Made by a program: the position numbers and the translations under genes. Positions 20,044 through 30,913 of a DNA stretch of 64,000 nt are shown here, piece after piece; positions within the stretch are counted from its first letter, which is position 1; each line of letters begins with the position of its first letter. Origin of the DNA: a virus (Duplodnaviria; Heunggongvirae; Uroviricota; Caudoviricetes); IMG/VR virus record IMGVR_UViG_3300032093_014924; one strand, given 5' to 3'. The notes beneath the pieces are model-generated. The model was not told the origin of the DNA and did no database searches. It saw only the letters and a list, made by a program, of their open reading frames with translations.

Positions 20044-20870
20044 TATAACGCTTGTATTTTAAATAAATTTATTGATACACTTGATGGGTTTTGTGTGTAT
20101 GTAACGTTATTTTGTGTGGAAGGACCATTGCCTTGATATGTATCATCTATTTGATAGTAATAGCCTGTCTGGGTTCTAAATAGTTTATATCTGGTATAAA
20201 CTTCTCTAATCAAAATATCTATTGGTTGTGCGTTTGGCTTAACCATTAGATTTGTTGACTTACCATCTTTAGCGTTTTTAAAACTTGCTTTCATATATAA
20301 ATATTTGAACTCACCAACCTTTAATATATCTCTATAATCATATAAATAGTAACCTTCTAAGAAACCTCTCTGATTTGTTAAAGGATTTTCTAAAACAAAT
20401 GTCAATGGTATTTGATTGGCTGGTTTTGGTTGACCAGGTAATCCAACAATAGTATTAAATGGTAACAAATCACTAGGTTTTAATTGAGAAAAAATAGTCT
20501 GTGTTGTTACTAATTGTTGTGTCATTGGGTTATCTGTATCATAAAAAGATAAATTTAAAAACGTTTGTTTAAAATTTAATTTTTTAAATTTAATATCATC
20601 ATCACTAAATCCTATATCACCATAAGTTGTTAAACCACTTAAATCAACAACATAATTAATCTTATTTATTTGATTATTATTTAAATCAACTGGTATATAT
20701 CTTGTTTTATCAAAATCTATGATAGGGTTAATCGCATTTTCTGTTTCAACATCAACAAATACTCTATCTATTAATTCTGCTTGGTCAGCTAATTGATATT
20801 CCATAGTAAATGGAATATTAATTGTTGTTGCTGTTGTTGTACTATCTATTCTTATTTGGTATCTATTCAT
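20043..20870 (-). CDS. putative virion structural protein
   Basis: Intact ORF; start moved to MNRYQI to avoid overlapping the upstream gene. Confidence 0.6.
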   Translation of the reverse strand: MNRYQIRIDSTTTATTINIPFTMEYQLADQAELIDRVFVDVETENAINPIIDFDKTRYIPVDLNNNQINKINYVVDLSGLTTYGDIGFSDDDIKFKKLNFKQTFLNLSFYDTDNPMTQQLVTTQTIFSQLKPSDLLPFNTIVGLPGQPKPANQIPLTFVLENPLTNQRGFLEGYYLYDYRDILKVGEFKYLYMKASFKNAKDGKSTNLMVKPNAQPIDILIREVYTRYKLFRTQTGYYYQIDDTYQGNGPSTQNNVTYTQNPSSVSINLFKIQAL

Positions 20871-20875
20871 AATAA

Positions 20876-22582
20876 TTAACAAACATCTTCAGCAGAATTG
20901 GTATTAAACCTATCTGTAACTTTATTTTCAATAGGGTCAGCTGGAAACTTAGCATAATATAACCCCCACTCATTAAATGGGTCTTGTCTTTTAACTAAAA
21001 AACAATAATTACCATACATATAATGAGCATTGTTTGTAAAAGGATAGTCTAAGAATTCATTAGTCGTATCATTATACCCAATTGGTAATAAATCTCTCCA
21101 CAAATATCTACCATCACCCATGTTAATAGCATATGATGGTTTGTTTTCTGTAAATTCATCACCTTGCTCAATATAACTTGAAAAGTTTCTTATTTTAATC
21201 AAGTGATGTGATTTATAATAATAACCCTCTTGTCTAGGTCCTAAATTAATTGTTGTATTTGTAACTAATTGTGGGTTAGTTTCCCTATTGTTTGTATTAA
21301 ATCTATGGTAAACATCAGCTAATACCGTTTCTATAAGCTCATTTTGGTTATAATCAACTAAATCACCATAAAAATCAGTGCTACTAAATAAAACATTATT
21401 CTCTAATGGTATATGTGTAGGAAATGGTGATGACCCACCATTATGTATTTTATTTATTACTGGTATTGATGTTAAATACGTATTTGTTAAACTAGTATTT
21501 AAATTAGATATAAATGGTGTTTCAATACCTGAAGATACATTTGTAAATAACCCATTGCTACTTGTTTTAACTATAGTTAAATATAATTCACTTAAAGGTC
21601 TGCCAAGATTATCAACTAAATTAGATACATCAATATCCTCATTAAATGTGAATTGGGTTATAAAATCAGAAAATATATTTTGACTAAAAGCCAATTTATA
21701 TATTTCGTAATCATCTGGTTCTATTACTTGTGAATTTCTTGTTTTTATTTTTCTAAAAATTCTAAAATAATATTTTGATTCAAAACCATCAGATAATCTT
21801 TTAATTCTTGAGTTACCAGATATAGCACCTGTTGGTGGTCTATTTATAACAAAATAGTTTTCTTTTAAATCACCATTATCTAAACCAGTTCTAACAACAG
21901 TATGGTCACCATCATAACCGTTTGTACCTGTTATTCTAACCGTATCTCCTATAGATAAATTATGTTTACATGGTAATCCTATCGCCACCATTGATATTGT
22001 TGATATAGTCGCTGGTAACGCATCGCAAATTAATAACCCGTTTAATACCATAGTATGACCAGAATCAACAGCAGCTGGATATGTTATAGTTAAATCCCAA
22101 TTACTGATAGGTTGTGGTACTGAAGTATTATATGGTTTAATATCTGATATAAATGAAAACCTTTCTCTTTTTGGTTCCATGTCAATAAAATTACATAACC
22201 CAAAAGTTGTTTTATTAGGGTTATAATATCCAAACCAACCATCAATATCTTTTAAATTATTTGTTATTCTATCAAAATATGTGTCACCATTAAAAATTGT
22301 GTTATTGAAAGTACTATAAGTATACTCATCATTAACCAATGAATTATTTAAGTTAATTAATCCATTTGATACTGTTGAATTTAATGTGCCAATAATTCTA
22401 TAAAAAGAACATTTGTTTCTTTCTCTATCAAATATTTCACCAACGTCAACAATATTATTAATATCATCATTTGGTAATAATTTTTGTGTGCTATCTAAAT
22501 TTATTTTTAATAACGTATCTGTATTAACAGAATTTTTTGACGTATTTACATTCAGTATTTGTTGTATTCTTTCTTCGTTCAT
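20876..22582 (-). CDS. putative virion structural protein
   Basis: Intact ORF; start moved to MNEERIQ, 2 nt after the upstream stop. Confidence 0.6.
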   Translation of the reverse strand: MNEERIQQILNVNTSKNSVNTDTLLKINLDSTQKLLPNDDINNIVDVGEIFDRERNKCSFYRIIGTLNSTVSNGLINLNNSLVNDEYTYSTFNNTIFNGDTYFDRITNNLKDIDGWFGYYNPNKTTFGLCNFIDMEPKRERFSFISDIKPYNTSVPQPISNWDLTITYPAAVDSGHTMVLNGLLICDALPATISTISMVAIGLPCKHNLSIGDTVRITGTNGYDGDHTVVRTGLDNGDLKENYFVINRPPTGAISGNSRIKRLSDGFESKYYFRIFRKIKTRNSQVIEPDDYEIYKLAFSQNIFSDFITQFTFNEDIDVSNLVDNLGRPLSELYLTIVKTSSNGLFTNVSSGIETPFISNLNTSLTNTYLTSIPVINKIHNGGSSPFPTHIPLENNVLFSSTDFYGDLVDYNQNELIETVLADVYHRFNTNNRETNPQLVTNTTINLGPRQEGYYYKSHHLIKIRNFSSYIEQGDEFTENKPSYAINMGDGRYLWRDLLPIGYNDTTNEFLDYPFTNNAHYMYGNYCFLVKRQDPFNEWGLYYAKFPADPIENKVTDRFNTNSAEDVC

Positions 22583-22584
22583 AA

Positions 22585-25500
22585 TTATCCTGTTATTGTT
22601 ATTGTGCAACCAACATTATCTGTTATTGTTACTGTTATTGGTGAATTGCTAGTTATAGCCTGATTAATAGGGAATGGTGTGCTAGTGTATGGTGAGAACC
22701 CACCTGTTGGTGTGTTTATTGTTCTAATGTTACCACTAACAGTTATTGTAGAATTTAATGGTGCTATTGGTAGCGGCATTATGAATATAGGTATCTGTAT
22801 TTCATTACTAACACATGTATAATTAGATGTATTACTAAATCTTATTCTAATATTAGAGTTTAATTGATTTGATGGTATTGTTAATGTCATAGGTGTACTT
22901 GAATTAACAAATGGCATTGTTGTTTGTATATAGGTACCACCATCTAAACTATATTCAACATACGCTGTGCTATTTGGATTTAAACCAGATGTAATCCTAA
23001 ATGTTACAATATATTGATTAGGACTACATTGTTTTGTTAATTCTGCTTGTGTCCCAGCAGATATTGTTAATTGCTGATTTAATGAACTAACAATAGTGCT
23101 AGTTGTTGCTGATGTATTGTTAGAATCAACTACGTTTGTTATATATGTACCAGATGTTAAATTCTGTAAATTTAATGACGTGCTAAAGAAGCTATTAGGT
23201 CCAGTTGTTTGAACACCATATGGTTGTGTTCCGCCATTAACTGTAATTAATATAGACCCATTACCACTATTAAAACATTGTTCATCTGTTTTAGTTGTTG
23301 TTACCGCAATTGAAGTTGGTCCACCTACTGTTAATCCGCTAATTAATGTCGTTTGTTGTGGAAGTGAATTATCAGTTATAGTTAATGAATATCCTATAGT
23401 ATTATCAACTGGTAAATTTGATAACACTAATGGTGGTGTTATGTTATTACCTGTTGAAATAATCCCACCAAGACCATTTCTTAAGATATAAGAATATGGT
23501 GGTAATCCACCACCAACAGAAGCAATAGTTATTTCACCATCATTAGCCAATACTGATGATACGTTCTTTGTTACACTAACAACACCATACAATGGTATTG
23601 GTCCACCTACTGTTATTGTTTTATTAACTGGATAACCTAAACTATCTGTACCGCTTATTATGTATTGTCCTTGTACTAAACCATTTAATACTACTTGATT
23701 ATTACCTTGTACTGTACCAGTGTTATTATATGAATTAGGTCCAGTAACAGTATATGAAAATGGTGAATTAACACCAATAAATGAGAATGTTATTGTACCA
23801 TTATTTAAAGCTTGATTATTAACCACTGTTGATGTTGCGTCAATTGTTAAGACACTTTTTTGAACAACAGGGCAAGTTACAAAATATTTTTTTGTTAATT
23901 TTTCAACAGCTGATTTACCTGGTATAATACCAAAATAAAAATAGTAAGAATGTTTTGGTTGTGAAAAACTAGTCTGATAATTACTAGGATTAAACCCTCT
24001 AAATTCCACATATTCTTTACCATTTTCTGTTAATGAATCAACTGAAAAAGTGTTTGTATTATTTTTATTAAAAAGAGTATCTGGTATTGTATTTAAAGAG
24101 TATGGTTTATTTAAAATTGTAAAATCATTTCTAAATTGAATACCAAAATCTGTATCAATATCGTTACTACCAATAACACCATCTGGTGCTATTATAGTAT
24201 TATTAACTGGGTCTATTTTTTGTTCATCTATATCAACACCATATTCACATATGTGTCTAATATTTGAACATTGTCTAGAATCAACATGGACACCACAACA
24301 ATTGATAGCAAAAAATAACCCATCTTTTTTATCTGTTAAATCAATCATACCAGTTTCAACTAATATTTTATTATTGTTGTTGTCTTCAAAATATTCTGAT
24401 ATATCTGGTGGTAATTTATATGTTGTTGGAATTAAAAACTGTTGTAGTTTTGGTTGTCCTTGCCAATCACAATCAAATACTGAACCTAATGATATAATAT
24501 CTGTTGCAAAGAATTTAACATCACCATTTCTTGATGTTGCGGCATAATATAAATCATCATTAAACTTTTTTACAAGCCCTTCTCTATTGTTTAGTATAAA
24601 ATCTTTATATTGTGCTTGACAATCATCAAAACCACCGCCTGTTAAACCGCCTAAAGAACATGCTTGAGTATATACACTAGCTCCATTACAATTATAACAA
24701 GTATCAATTAACTTAACATTGTTACAATTATTTTCTGAATCTCCTATACGACAATCGACATCACAAAATTTTTCTTTTTTATTTCTTCTTATTTTTTTAT
24801 ATTTTAATAAAAAAGAATATAATGAACCATTAATCCAATCATTATAAAAATCAAATTCAAATAAACCTAAAGCCTTTGCAATTTGTAATGAAATACATTC
24901 ATCAAGACTACATAAATTAAAGACACCATCTATACCAGTTGGACAATTTTTTCCTGGGTATACATCTATTGGTTTTCTATCATTAGCTGTTTCCCAAGTT
25001 GTTTTCCATTTTGGTTCAACATCATCAGGGAATTTTAATTTTTTATTACCTAAAATAATTGCAAATAAATTTACTATTTGACCCAATGTAAAATGTAAAA
25101 TACCAGCTACAATATAAAAACTAAATTTAAAAAGTTTAATCGCCCTATTTTCAAGTATATTATCTTTTCTACAACCTGGTGCGTATACTTTTGGTGAGTC
25201 TTCACCACATTCTATTGTTAAACAACCAATATTATTGCCATCAGCGTCTTCTAATATTTTTTTAAGGGGGAAATTTTTTTCTAACTCATAAAAAGCACAC
25301 CATAAGCTTTTTGTTTTAACATTTGGGTCAAAACATCTACTTTGTGAAGGGTTTACGAAATCTCTTAACTGTTGACCTAGTGATGGTGCTAATAAGCTTA
25401 TTGGTAACGAAATAGCAAATAATATTATAGATATAATACCTAAAACTATAAATAAAATAACAATTAATACTGCCAATATAGGGTTTATTATATAAGCTAC

Positions 25501-26994
25501 AATTGTATTAACAACCCAAGTGAATATATAAAATAAAACATTTATTGGTGGTAATATAAGGTTATTTAAACCCCAAACAATTTGTCCAATTATATTAATT
25601 AATAAACATAATACTGAAAAAATTGGATTTGTGTCTGTATGTATTTTATTATAAGGAAATGGTGTTTTATCTCCAACGCAATCATCAATATTCTTTAACC
25701 CTGTTGAATTTCTATCTCTTGGACCAGCACCAACTTTTTGATACCTTGATATAAATGAACTTACTGTATATATCTTATTCCAATATAAATCCCTAAAACT
25801 TGTATCTTTTGTGTCTGGACCAAATTCATAATCAATTTCACTCTGGTTTTGTGGGTTATTTGGTACCAAATATTTTGCTCTTGTCCTAAGTCTACCTTCA
25901 CCACCAGTATCATCCATACCTATTTTAAACCTAACACTAGCTCTTGTTGGTATTCCAACATTAGGGTCTTCTGTTAATTGTAAATTACCAAATTCATCAG
26001 TAACAACATAATCAAGATTCATAGGTATCTGATAAGCCCAAGCACCATTTTCATCAATAACTTGTCCACCCTCAACATCAAAAGATTCTATTGAACCATC
26101 AATAGTTTTTCTAATCATATTAATGGTTCCTTGACTTGTTTCTTGTTCACATAATAAACCTAATTTTCTTCTTGGTCTACAATTTTTATTTACACTATTT
26201 TTATCTTGGTCACCAAATATACTACCCATAAAAATAGCATTAGGTATTAATGTATAGTTTAAATCAAAATCAACCCTTGTTATTCCTATCTCACACGTTT
26301 CAAAATTTCCCCAAAAAGGTCTGACATTAACACCAGCATTTGATGTTTTTATTTGTGGTAATTTATCTAAATTTGTACCACCTTTAAATTTTGTTGTACT
26401 TTCAAATAACTTTTCAGATGAACCTTGATTTATTAAATCATAAGGCCTCTGTGATGCGATACCAATGTCTGATATATCAGCATCAATATGTAAGGTATAA
26501 GTTCCAACAGGGACTCCAAAAAGCATAAAATCACCAGCGTGATTTGTTGTTGTGGTGAATTTATAATATTTACAATATATTTTATTTAAAACTTCATTAT
26601 TAAGTATCTCACGCTTATCAGGGAATGTTCCAACTGGTGTATAGCAATCATTACCAACATCAGCATTTTTAGGCAATAGATTATATCTTACACCATCAAT
26701 ATTCCTATCAGTAATAACTTCATAAGGATATAGACCACTAATTAATGGGTCTTCTTTATCAATATCATCAATAGGTATAAAAACACTTACCTTGGCATTA
26801 GGAACCCCAAATCCAGAGTTTATTGTTACCCTCCCAACTATTGCACCATAATCAGCACAAAAGTTCCTATAAGCCTCTTCTTGAGATATTCTTAAACTTA
26901 ATATCTCAATAAAATCAAATTCTTGTTCAATAGGTACTTTTATGTACTTATCTAATCCATTTGGTGTTGTTCTTATTCTTATTGTTTTAGACAT
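22585..26994 (-). CDS. large putative tail/baseplate protein (1469 aa) with hydrophobic helices, Cys-rich region and C-terminal SprB-like repeats
   Basis: N-term Ig-like segment (GDFMLFGVPVGTYTLHID); long hydrophobic stretch; repeats such as GSILITVNGGTQPY...LQNLTSGTYITNVVDSN. Confidence 0.7.
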   Translation of the reverse strand: MSKTIRIRTTPNGLDKYIKVPIEQEFDFIEILSLRISQEEAYRNFCADYGAIVGRVTINSGFGVPNAKVSVFIPIDDIDKEDPLISGLYPYEVITDRNIDGVRYNLLPKNADVGNDCYTPVGTFPDKREILNNEVLNKIYCKYYKFTTTTNHAGDFMLFGVPVGTYTLHIDADISDIGIASQRPYDLINQGSSEKLFESTTKFKGGTNLDKLPQIKTSNAGVNVRPFWGNFETCEIGITRVDFDLNYTLIPNAIFMGSIFGDQDKNSVNKNCRPRRKLGLLCEQETSQGTINMIRKTIDGSIESFDVEGGQVIDENGAWAYQIPMNLDYVVTDEFGNLQLTEDPNVGIPTRASVRFKIGMDDTGGEGRLRTRAKYLVPNNPQNQSEIDYEFGPDTKDTSFRDLYWNKIYTVSSFISRYQKVGAGPRDRNSTGLKNIDDCVGDKTPFPYNKIHTDTNPIFSVLCLLINIIGQIVWGLNNLILPPINVLFYIFTWVVNTIVAYIINPILAVLIVILFIVLGIISIILFAISLPISLLAPSLGQQLRDFVNPSQSRCFDPNVKTKSLWCAFYELEKNFPLKKILEDADGNNIGCLTIECGEDSPKVYAPGCRKDNILENRAIKLFKFSFYIVAGILHFTLGQIVNLFAIILGNKKLKFPDDVEPKWKTTWETANDRKPIDVYPGKNCPTGIDGVFNLCSLDECISLQIAKALGLFEFDFYNDWINGSLYSFLLKYKKIRRNKKEKFCDVDCRIGDSENNCNNVKLIDTCYNCNGASVYTQACSLGGLTGGGFDDCQAQYKDFILNNREGLVKKFNDDLYYAATSRNGDVKFFATDIISLGSVFDCDWQGQPKLQQFLIPTTYKLPPDISEYFEDNNNNKILVETGMIDLTDKKDGLFFAINCCGVHVDSRQCSNIRHICEYGVDIDEQKIDPVNNTIIAPDGVIGSNDIDTDFGIQFRNDFTILNKPYSLNTIPDTLFNKNNTNTFSVDSLTENGKEYVEFRGFNPSNYQTSFSQPKHSYYFYFGIIPGKSAVEKLTKKYFVTCPVVQKSVLTIDATSTVVNNQALNNGTITFSFIGVNSPFSYTVTGPNSYNNTGTVQGNNQVVLNGLVQGQYIISGTDSLGYPVNKTITVGGPIPLYGVVSVTKNVSSVLANDGEITIASVGGGLPPYSYILRNGLGGIISTGNNITPPLVLSNLPVDNTIGYSLTITDNSLPQQTTLISGLTVGGPTSIAVTTTKTDEQCFNSGNGSILITVNGGTQPYGVQTTGPNSFFSTSLNLQNLTSGTYITNVVDSNNTSATTSTIVSSLNQQLTISAGTQAELTKQCSPNQYIVTFRITSGLNPNSTAYVEYSLDGGTYIQTTMPFVNSSTPMTLTIPSNQLNSNIRIRFSNTSNYTCVSNEIQIPIFIMPLPIAPLNSTITVSGNIRTINTPTGGFSPYTSTPFPINQAITSNSPITVTITDNVGCTITITG

Positions 26995-27003
26995 TTAACA
27001 GAA

Positions 27004-27354
27004 TTAATTTTTACTTGTTATGTCTTCAACATCCAATAATACAACATCATCTTCAGTTAATACGCTTAATTCTTCATAATCATCATCTTCCTCTGGCTCT
27101 TCATTTAATTTAACATTCATTTTCTTAGCCACAATCGCTAATAAATTTGTAATATCAATATTCTGATTAACAACAATAGTTTTAAATAAAAACCAAATAA
27201 AAAATATATTAATAAATGGTAAACCAATTATTAATACAAATAAAAAATACATACTATTAATTAACGTATTTTTAACGTTACTAACAGAAATTTTATTTTC
27301 ATTATTACTTAAATTTGTTGGTGTTATATCACCACTTTTACATCCACAACTCAT
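27004..27354 (-). CDS. small membrane protein (116 aa)
   Basis: MSCGCK N-terminus; hydrophobic helix YFLFVLIIGLPFINIFFIWFLF; acidic tail. Confidence 0.7.
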   Translation of the reverse strand: MSCGCKSGDITPTNLSNNENKISVSNVKNTLINSMYFLFVLIIGLPFINIFFIWFLFKTIVVNQNIDITNLLAIVAKKMNVKLNEEPEEDDDYEELSVLTEDDVVLLDVEDITSKN

Positions 27355-27411
27355 TGTTTTTATCGTTTTATTATTAAATAATATAATTATTTTATTGTTA
27401 AAGAAAACAGT

Positions 27412-29232
27412 TTATTTGACCCTTACTTTAATATCAGTTTCAGGGAATTTAATTTCATATAAACTTGTTGGTTCCCCGAATAAAGTAAAATCTTGTGATA
27501 TATCAACTTGTCTGGTTGTTGAATCCAAATAAGGTTGTGAAATCTCATTTAAACTATATTTACCTTCACCTACTTTATTAAACACTCTTAAATCAATTAC
27601 GTTTAATACACCACCAACATTATTTATTGCCTCAATCAATTGTGACATGTATATATTATCACCCATTTCAAAATTATTGATATTCATATAATTCTGTATG
27701 GTTATTATTACTTGTGTTACAATGCTTGATTGTGGTTGTCTCTTATCAATATATAAATCAACTTCAAACGCTAAATTTATTATCCTACCGTTAGTTACTT
27801 GAACATAATCATTTAACATTCTATATTGAGCCAAATAAGTGGCTATATTATCTCTTAATGTGCTTGTTGATGTATTGCTTAGTTTTCCTTGTGCATTTAA
27901 TCCTAATATGTATATGTTTATTTTGTTTTGTTCTTCAAAGACACCACATCTAAATGGTACACCAAATCTACCAGGCATTAATGCAATTCTTGCTTGATAA
28001 TCTTTAATTGTAACTGCTCTATTCTGAGAAGCAAAATTATATTTAACCAAATTCCTTAATTCATTAACACTAGGTTCATCTCTACCACCTAACGCTGGAA
28101 ATGCGTTATTGACAGTTAATGATGTTCTAACAGCACTATTTATTGTCTGGTCTGGGCCATTTACTGTCATATCTAGTAATCCTAATCCATTAATAACATT
28201 AACCCCAAGATTTGTATCAGCACCACCACCAACTCTATATTTAACAAATAATGTTGTATTTGGTTTTAGTGTTTCACCTAATGTGTTATTATTAACGAAA
28301 TCACCAATTTGATTTATTAAAGCAATATTTGAATCAAAATCACATAAACTTGTGACATCTCTTGAACCACTACCAAAAATCATTTTATAAAAACCCAAGT
28401 CAGTGTATTCTGTCATGAATTTTTTTGTTGTTTTTATCCATTTACCAACCAAAACATTTGAATTATCTGATGCTCTTGTTGTATCTTCAACATAAATTTT
28501 ATCTTCAGCCAAAGCATCAACTTCAAACCACCTTAAATCATTATTAAAAAAGTTATCAATATTTGGTGTTGTTGGATAATTTGTGCCATCTAATGTAATT
28601 ACTGAATCAATAGACAAAACATTTGTATCTGGTAATACAACTTCTAAAAAAGGAACAACATCACTAACTGTAATTGGTCTTTGATAATATTTTGTGTAAC
28701 CATTAACGACCATTTCTCTCTTTACCAAATTATAATTTATAACATTGCCATTAGCATCAAAATTTGGTAGAATTAATCTATTTGGTATACCACCAATTGT
28801 AAATGGACTTGAAAAATCAATATCTGACATAGTTTCAAATACTTTACCTGCACCAGTTACTTGTGAACCAATTCTTATTATTGGCGCATATGAAACATCA
28901 AATGTATCACCAAATGTCGGTACTGTTACCGTGAAATCAACAATTGTTACACTAGGTCTTTTACCTGGTACCTTTAACCCAAATGTCCTTGCTAATGATA
29001 ATATAGATTTTCTCTCTTGTGCATAATCTATTTGTGTCTCTTGGAACATTCTGTCAGTATTATGTGACAACATGTCACCTACAGCTGCATTGAGTTCCAG
29101 AAGCATTAGTCCGATGGATGCATCGTTAAAATCATTAAAAAACTCACTATAATATTGTCTAACCATATTAATAAGGTCAGTACGTATATCCACAAAGTTT
29201 CTGGAAGAGTAATTAATACCTTGATTTGCCAT
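27412..29232 (-). CDS. baseplate wedge subunit (T4 gp6/baseplate J-like)
   Basis: INYSSRNFVDIRTDL, YRVGGGADTN, GGRDEPSVNELR, QNRAVTIKDY; follows a gp25-like gene. Confidence 0.9.
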   Translation of the reverse strand: MANQGINYSSRNFVDIRTDLINMVRQYYSEFFNDFNDASIGLMLLELNAAVGDMLSHNTDRMFQETQIDYAQERKSILSLARTFGLKVPGKRPSVTIVDFTVTVPTFGDTFDVSYAPIIRIGSQVTGAGKVFETMSDIDFSSPFTIGGIPNRLILPNFDANGNVINYNLVKREMVVNGYTKYYQRPITVSDVVPFLEVVLPDTNVLSIDSVITLDGTNYPTTPNIDNFFNNDLRWFEVDALAEDKIYVEDTTRASDNSNVLVGKWIKTTKKFMTEYTDLGFYKMIFGSGSRDVTSLCDFDSNIALINQIGDFVNNNTLGETLKPNTTLFVKYRVGGGADTNLGVNVINGLGLLDMTVNGPDQTINSAVRTSLTVNNAFPALGGRDEPSVNELRNLVKYNFASQNRAVTIKDYQARIALMPGRFGVPFRCGVFEEQNKINIYILGLNAQGKLSNTSTSTLRDNIATYLAQYRMLNDYVQVTNGRIINLAFEVDLYIDKRQPQSSIVTQVIITIQNYMNINNFEMGDNIYMSQLIEAINNVGGVLNVIDLRVFNKVGEGKYSLNEISQPYLDSTTRQVDISQDFTLFGEPTSLYEIKFPETDIKVRVK

Positions 29233-29289
29233 AATATTTTTAATTATAAATATATAGCATGAAAAAAATTAATGAATAATTATTTTTTG

Positions 29290-29676
29290 TTATATTTTAA
29301 CTATAATAAAATCTCTTGCTGTAAAAACACCGTCATTAATTGTGTATTCTAATTTTATTACAGCGGTATATTCTCTTTCTTCATCTTCTGTAACTGATAA
29401 ATTATCAATATTAATTGTGGGGAAATATTTTTTTACTGTTGTTGATATTTCATCTTGTAAGTCACTATATGTGATACTATCATTTGGTTCAAATATATAT
29501 AATAATAAATTAGTACCAAAATCTGGATTATATAATCTCTGACCCTTTCTTGTTAATATTAAATGCATTAAATCAGCTTTAATTGCAGCATTATCTGTTG
29601 TCGTTAAATCAAGAAAAAAACCCTCTGGACTATTCTTAAACGGAAAATTAATATTTATATATCTCTTGCTAGCCAT
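29290..29676 (-). CDS. baseplate wedge subunit gp25-like
   Basis: LILTRKGQRLYNPDFGTNLLLYIFEP motif. Confidence 0.92.
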   Translation of the reverse strand: MASKRYININFPFKNSPEGFFLDLTTTDNAAIKADLMHLILTRKGQRLYNPDFGTNLLLYIFEPNDSITYSDLQDEISTTVKKYFPTINIDNLSVTEDEEREYTAVIKLEYTINDGVFTARDFIIVKI

Positions 29677-29715
29677 ATATCTTTATTTTATAAATATATT
29701 AAAACATAATTTTAT

Positions 29716-29755
29716 ATAAATAAAAAAACCCCTAATGTTATTTAGAGGTTTTATT
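29716..29755 (-). terminator. rho-independent terminator, copy 1 of a 40-bp direct repeat
   Basis: Minus strand AAAACCTCTAA-loop-TTAGGGGTTTTTTT; identical to 30165-30204. Confidence 0.8.
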
Positions 29756-29772
29756 ATTTTTGTGTGGTGGGG

Positions 29773-30090
29773 TTATTTATTAAATATTTTTTTAACTTCA
29801 TCCCAAGTTTTATTCTCTAAATTTACGGCATTTATTTTAGCAATTTCATCATCTTTAATACCTATAATATTTTTTAACATTGTGATTCTAACCCACAATG
29901 CACCATTTTCCCATTTATCATCATCGTCTTTAAAAGAATGGATTGAATTCATTCTTGGGTCGTGGAACATACCAATCTCATCTTCCTTAATAACCCCTTC
30001 AGTAATCTTTTGTTTTCTGGTAGTTTCTGTAATAATCTTATCGATTAAATTAACCAATTCACTTTCTTTAATTCTTACAACTTTTTTCAT
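29773..30090 (-). CDS. leader-cassette protein 3 (shared MKKVVRIKESELVNLIDKIITETTRKQKITEGV leader + unknown payload)
   Basis: Start reassigned to the ATG of the repeated leader, downstream of TATTTAT. Confidence 0.8.
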   Translation of the reverse strand: MKKVVRIKESELVNLIDKIITETTRKQKITEGVIKEDEIGMFHDPRMNSIHSFKDDDDKWENGALWVRITMLKNIIGIKDDEIAKINAVNLENKTWDEVKKIFNK

Positions 30091-30144
30091 ATCTTTTTTA
30101 TGTTTTATAATAAATACATTAAGAAAAAAAAAAACCACAAATTT
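29991..30144 (-). repeat. ~154-bp cassette repeat copy C (terminator 3' half + late promoter + leader codons)
   Basis: Near-identical to 30715-30868 and 31798-31950. Confidence 0.95.
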
Positions 30145-30164
30145 AATTATTTTTTTATTTACTA

Positions 30165-30204
30165 ATAAATAAAAAAACCCCTAATGTTATTTAGAGGTTT
30201 TATT
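30165..30204 (-). terminator. rho-independent terminator, copy 2 of the 40-bp direct repeat
   Basis: Identical to 29716-29755; follows the stop at 30269. Confidence 0.8.
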
Positions 30205-30268
30205 CTTTTTTTGTGGTAGGTTATTTAAAATAATTTTTTATTCTTAAATTTTCACTAACTTTTTGTTG

Positions 30269-30814
30269 TTAAGCTTGTGGTTTCGGTGCATTGGGTCTTT
30301 GATTTGGATTTACCTCTCCACCCTTTCTTGTTGTTTTAGGACCTAGGGTAAGTCTGGCATAAGAATCTTTTTCTTCACCACCCCATCCGCTTCCAATCTC
30401 TATATATTCACCACTTAATCCTTTTTTTAGTTCTAGGTCTGGAAATTGCTTAGCAACTAAATTACCGTATTTTTGAGCATTAGCTTTATTAACACCCCTA
30501 ATATCAACATGTAATACATCACCATAAGCACTAATAAAAACGTTTTGATTTTTAACATCTGGACTTGTTACTTTTTTACCACCAAAATCTAGAAGTGGTG
30601 TCGCTCCTTCTTTTTTAAATAAAGAATATAATTGTTTACCGTAATTTTTTAATACTAAAGCATCTTCTTTCAAAACCATTTCTTCATTAATAATCTGTTT
30701 TCCAGCTAAGTTTCTAACACCTTCAGTAATCTTTTGTTTTCTGGTAGTTTCTGTAATAATCTTATCGATTAAATTAACCAATTCACTTTCTTTAATTCTT
30801 ACAACTTTTTTCAT
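30269..30814 (-). CDS. leader-cassette protein 2 (shared leader + unknown payload)
   Basis: Start reassigned to the leader ATG at 30814. Confidence 0.8.
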   Translation of the reverse strand: MKKVVRIKESELVNLIDKIITETTRKQKITEGVRNLAGKQIINEEMVLKEDALVLKNYGKQLYSLFKKEGATPLLDFGGKKVTSPDVKNQNVFISAYGDVLHVDIRGVNKANAQKYGNLVAKQFPDLELKKGLSGEYIEIGSGWGGEEKDSYARLTLGPKTTRKGGEVNPNQRPNAPKPQA

Positions 30815-30868
30815 ATCTTTTTTATGTTTTATAATAAATATATTAAGAAAAAAAAAAACCACAAATTT
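30715..30868 (-). repeat. ~154-bp cassette repeat copy B
   Basis: Near-identical to copies A and C. Confidence 0.95.
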
Positions 30869-30880
30869 TGTGGTTTTTTT
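30848..30880 (-). terminator. rho-independent terminator (AAAACCACAAA-ATTTGTGGTTTT + long U tract)
   Basis: Inverted repeat followed by an 11-T tract on the minus strand. Confidence 0.8.
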
Positions 30881-30913
30881 CATTTGTGTAATACCATTAT
30901 ATTCTCAATAATT

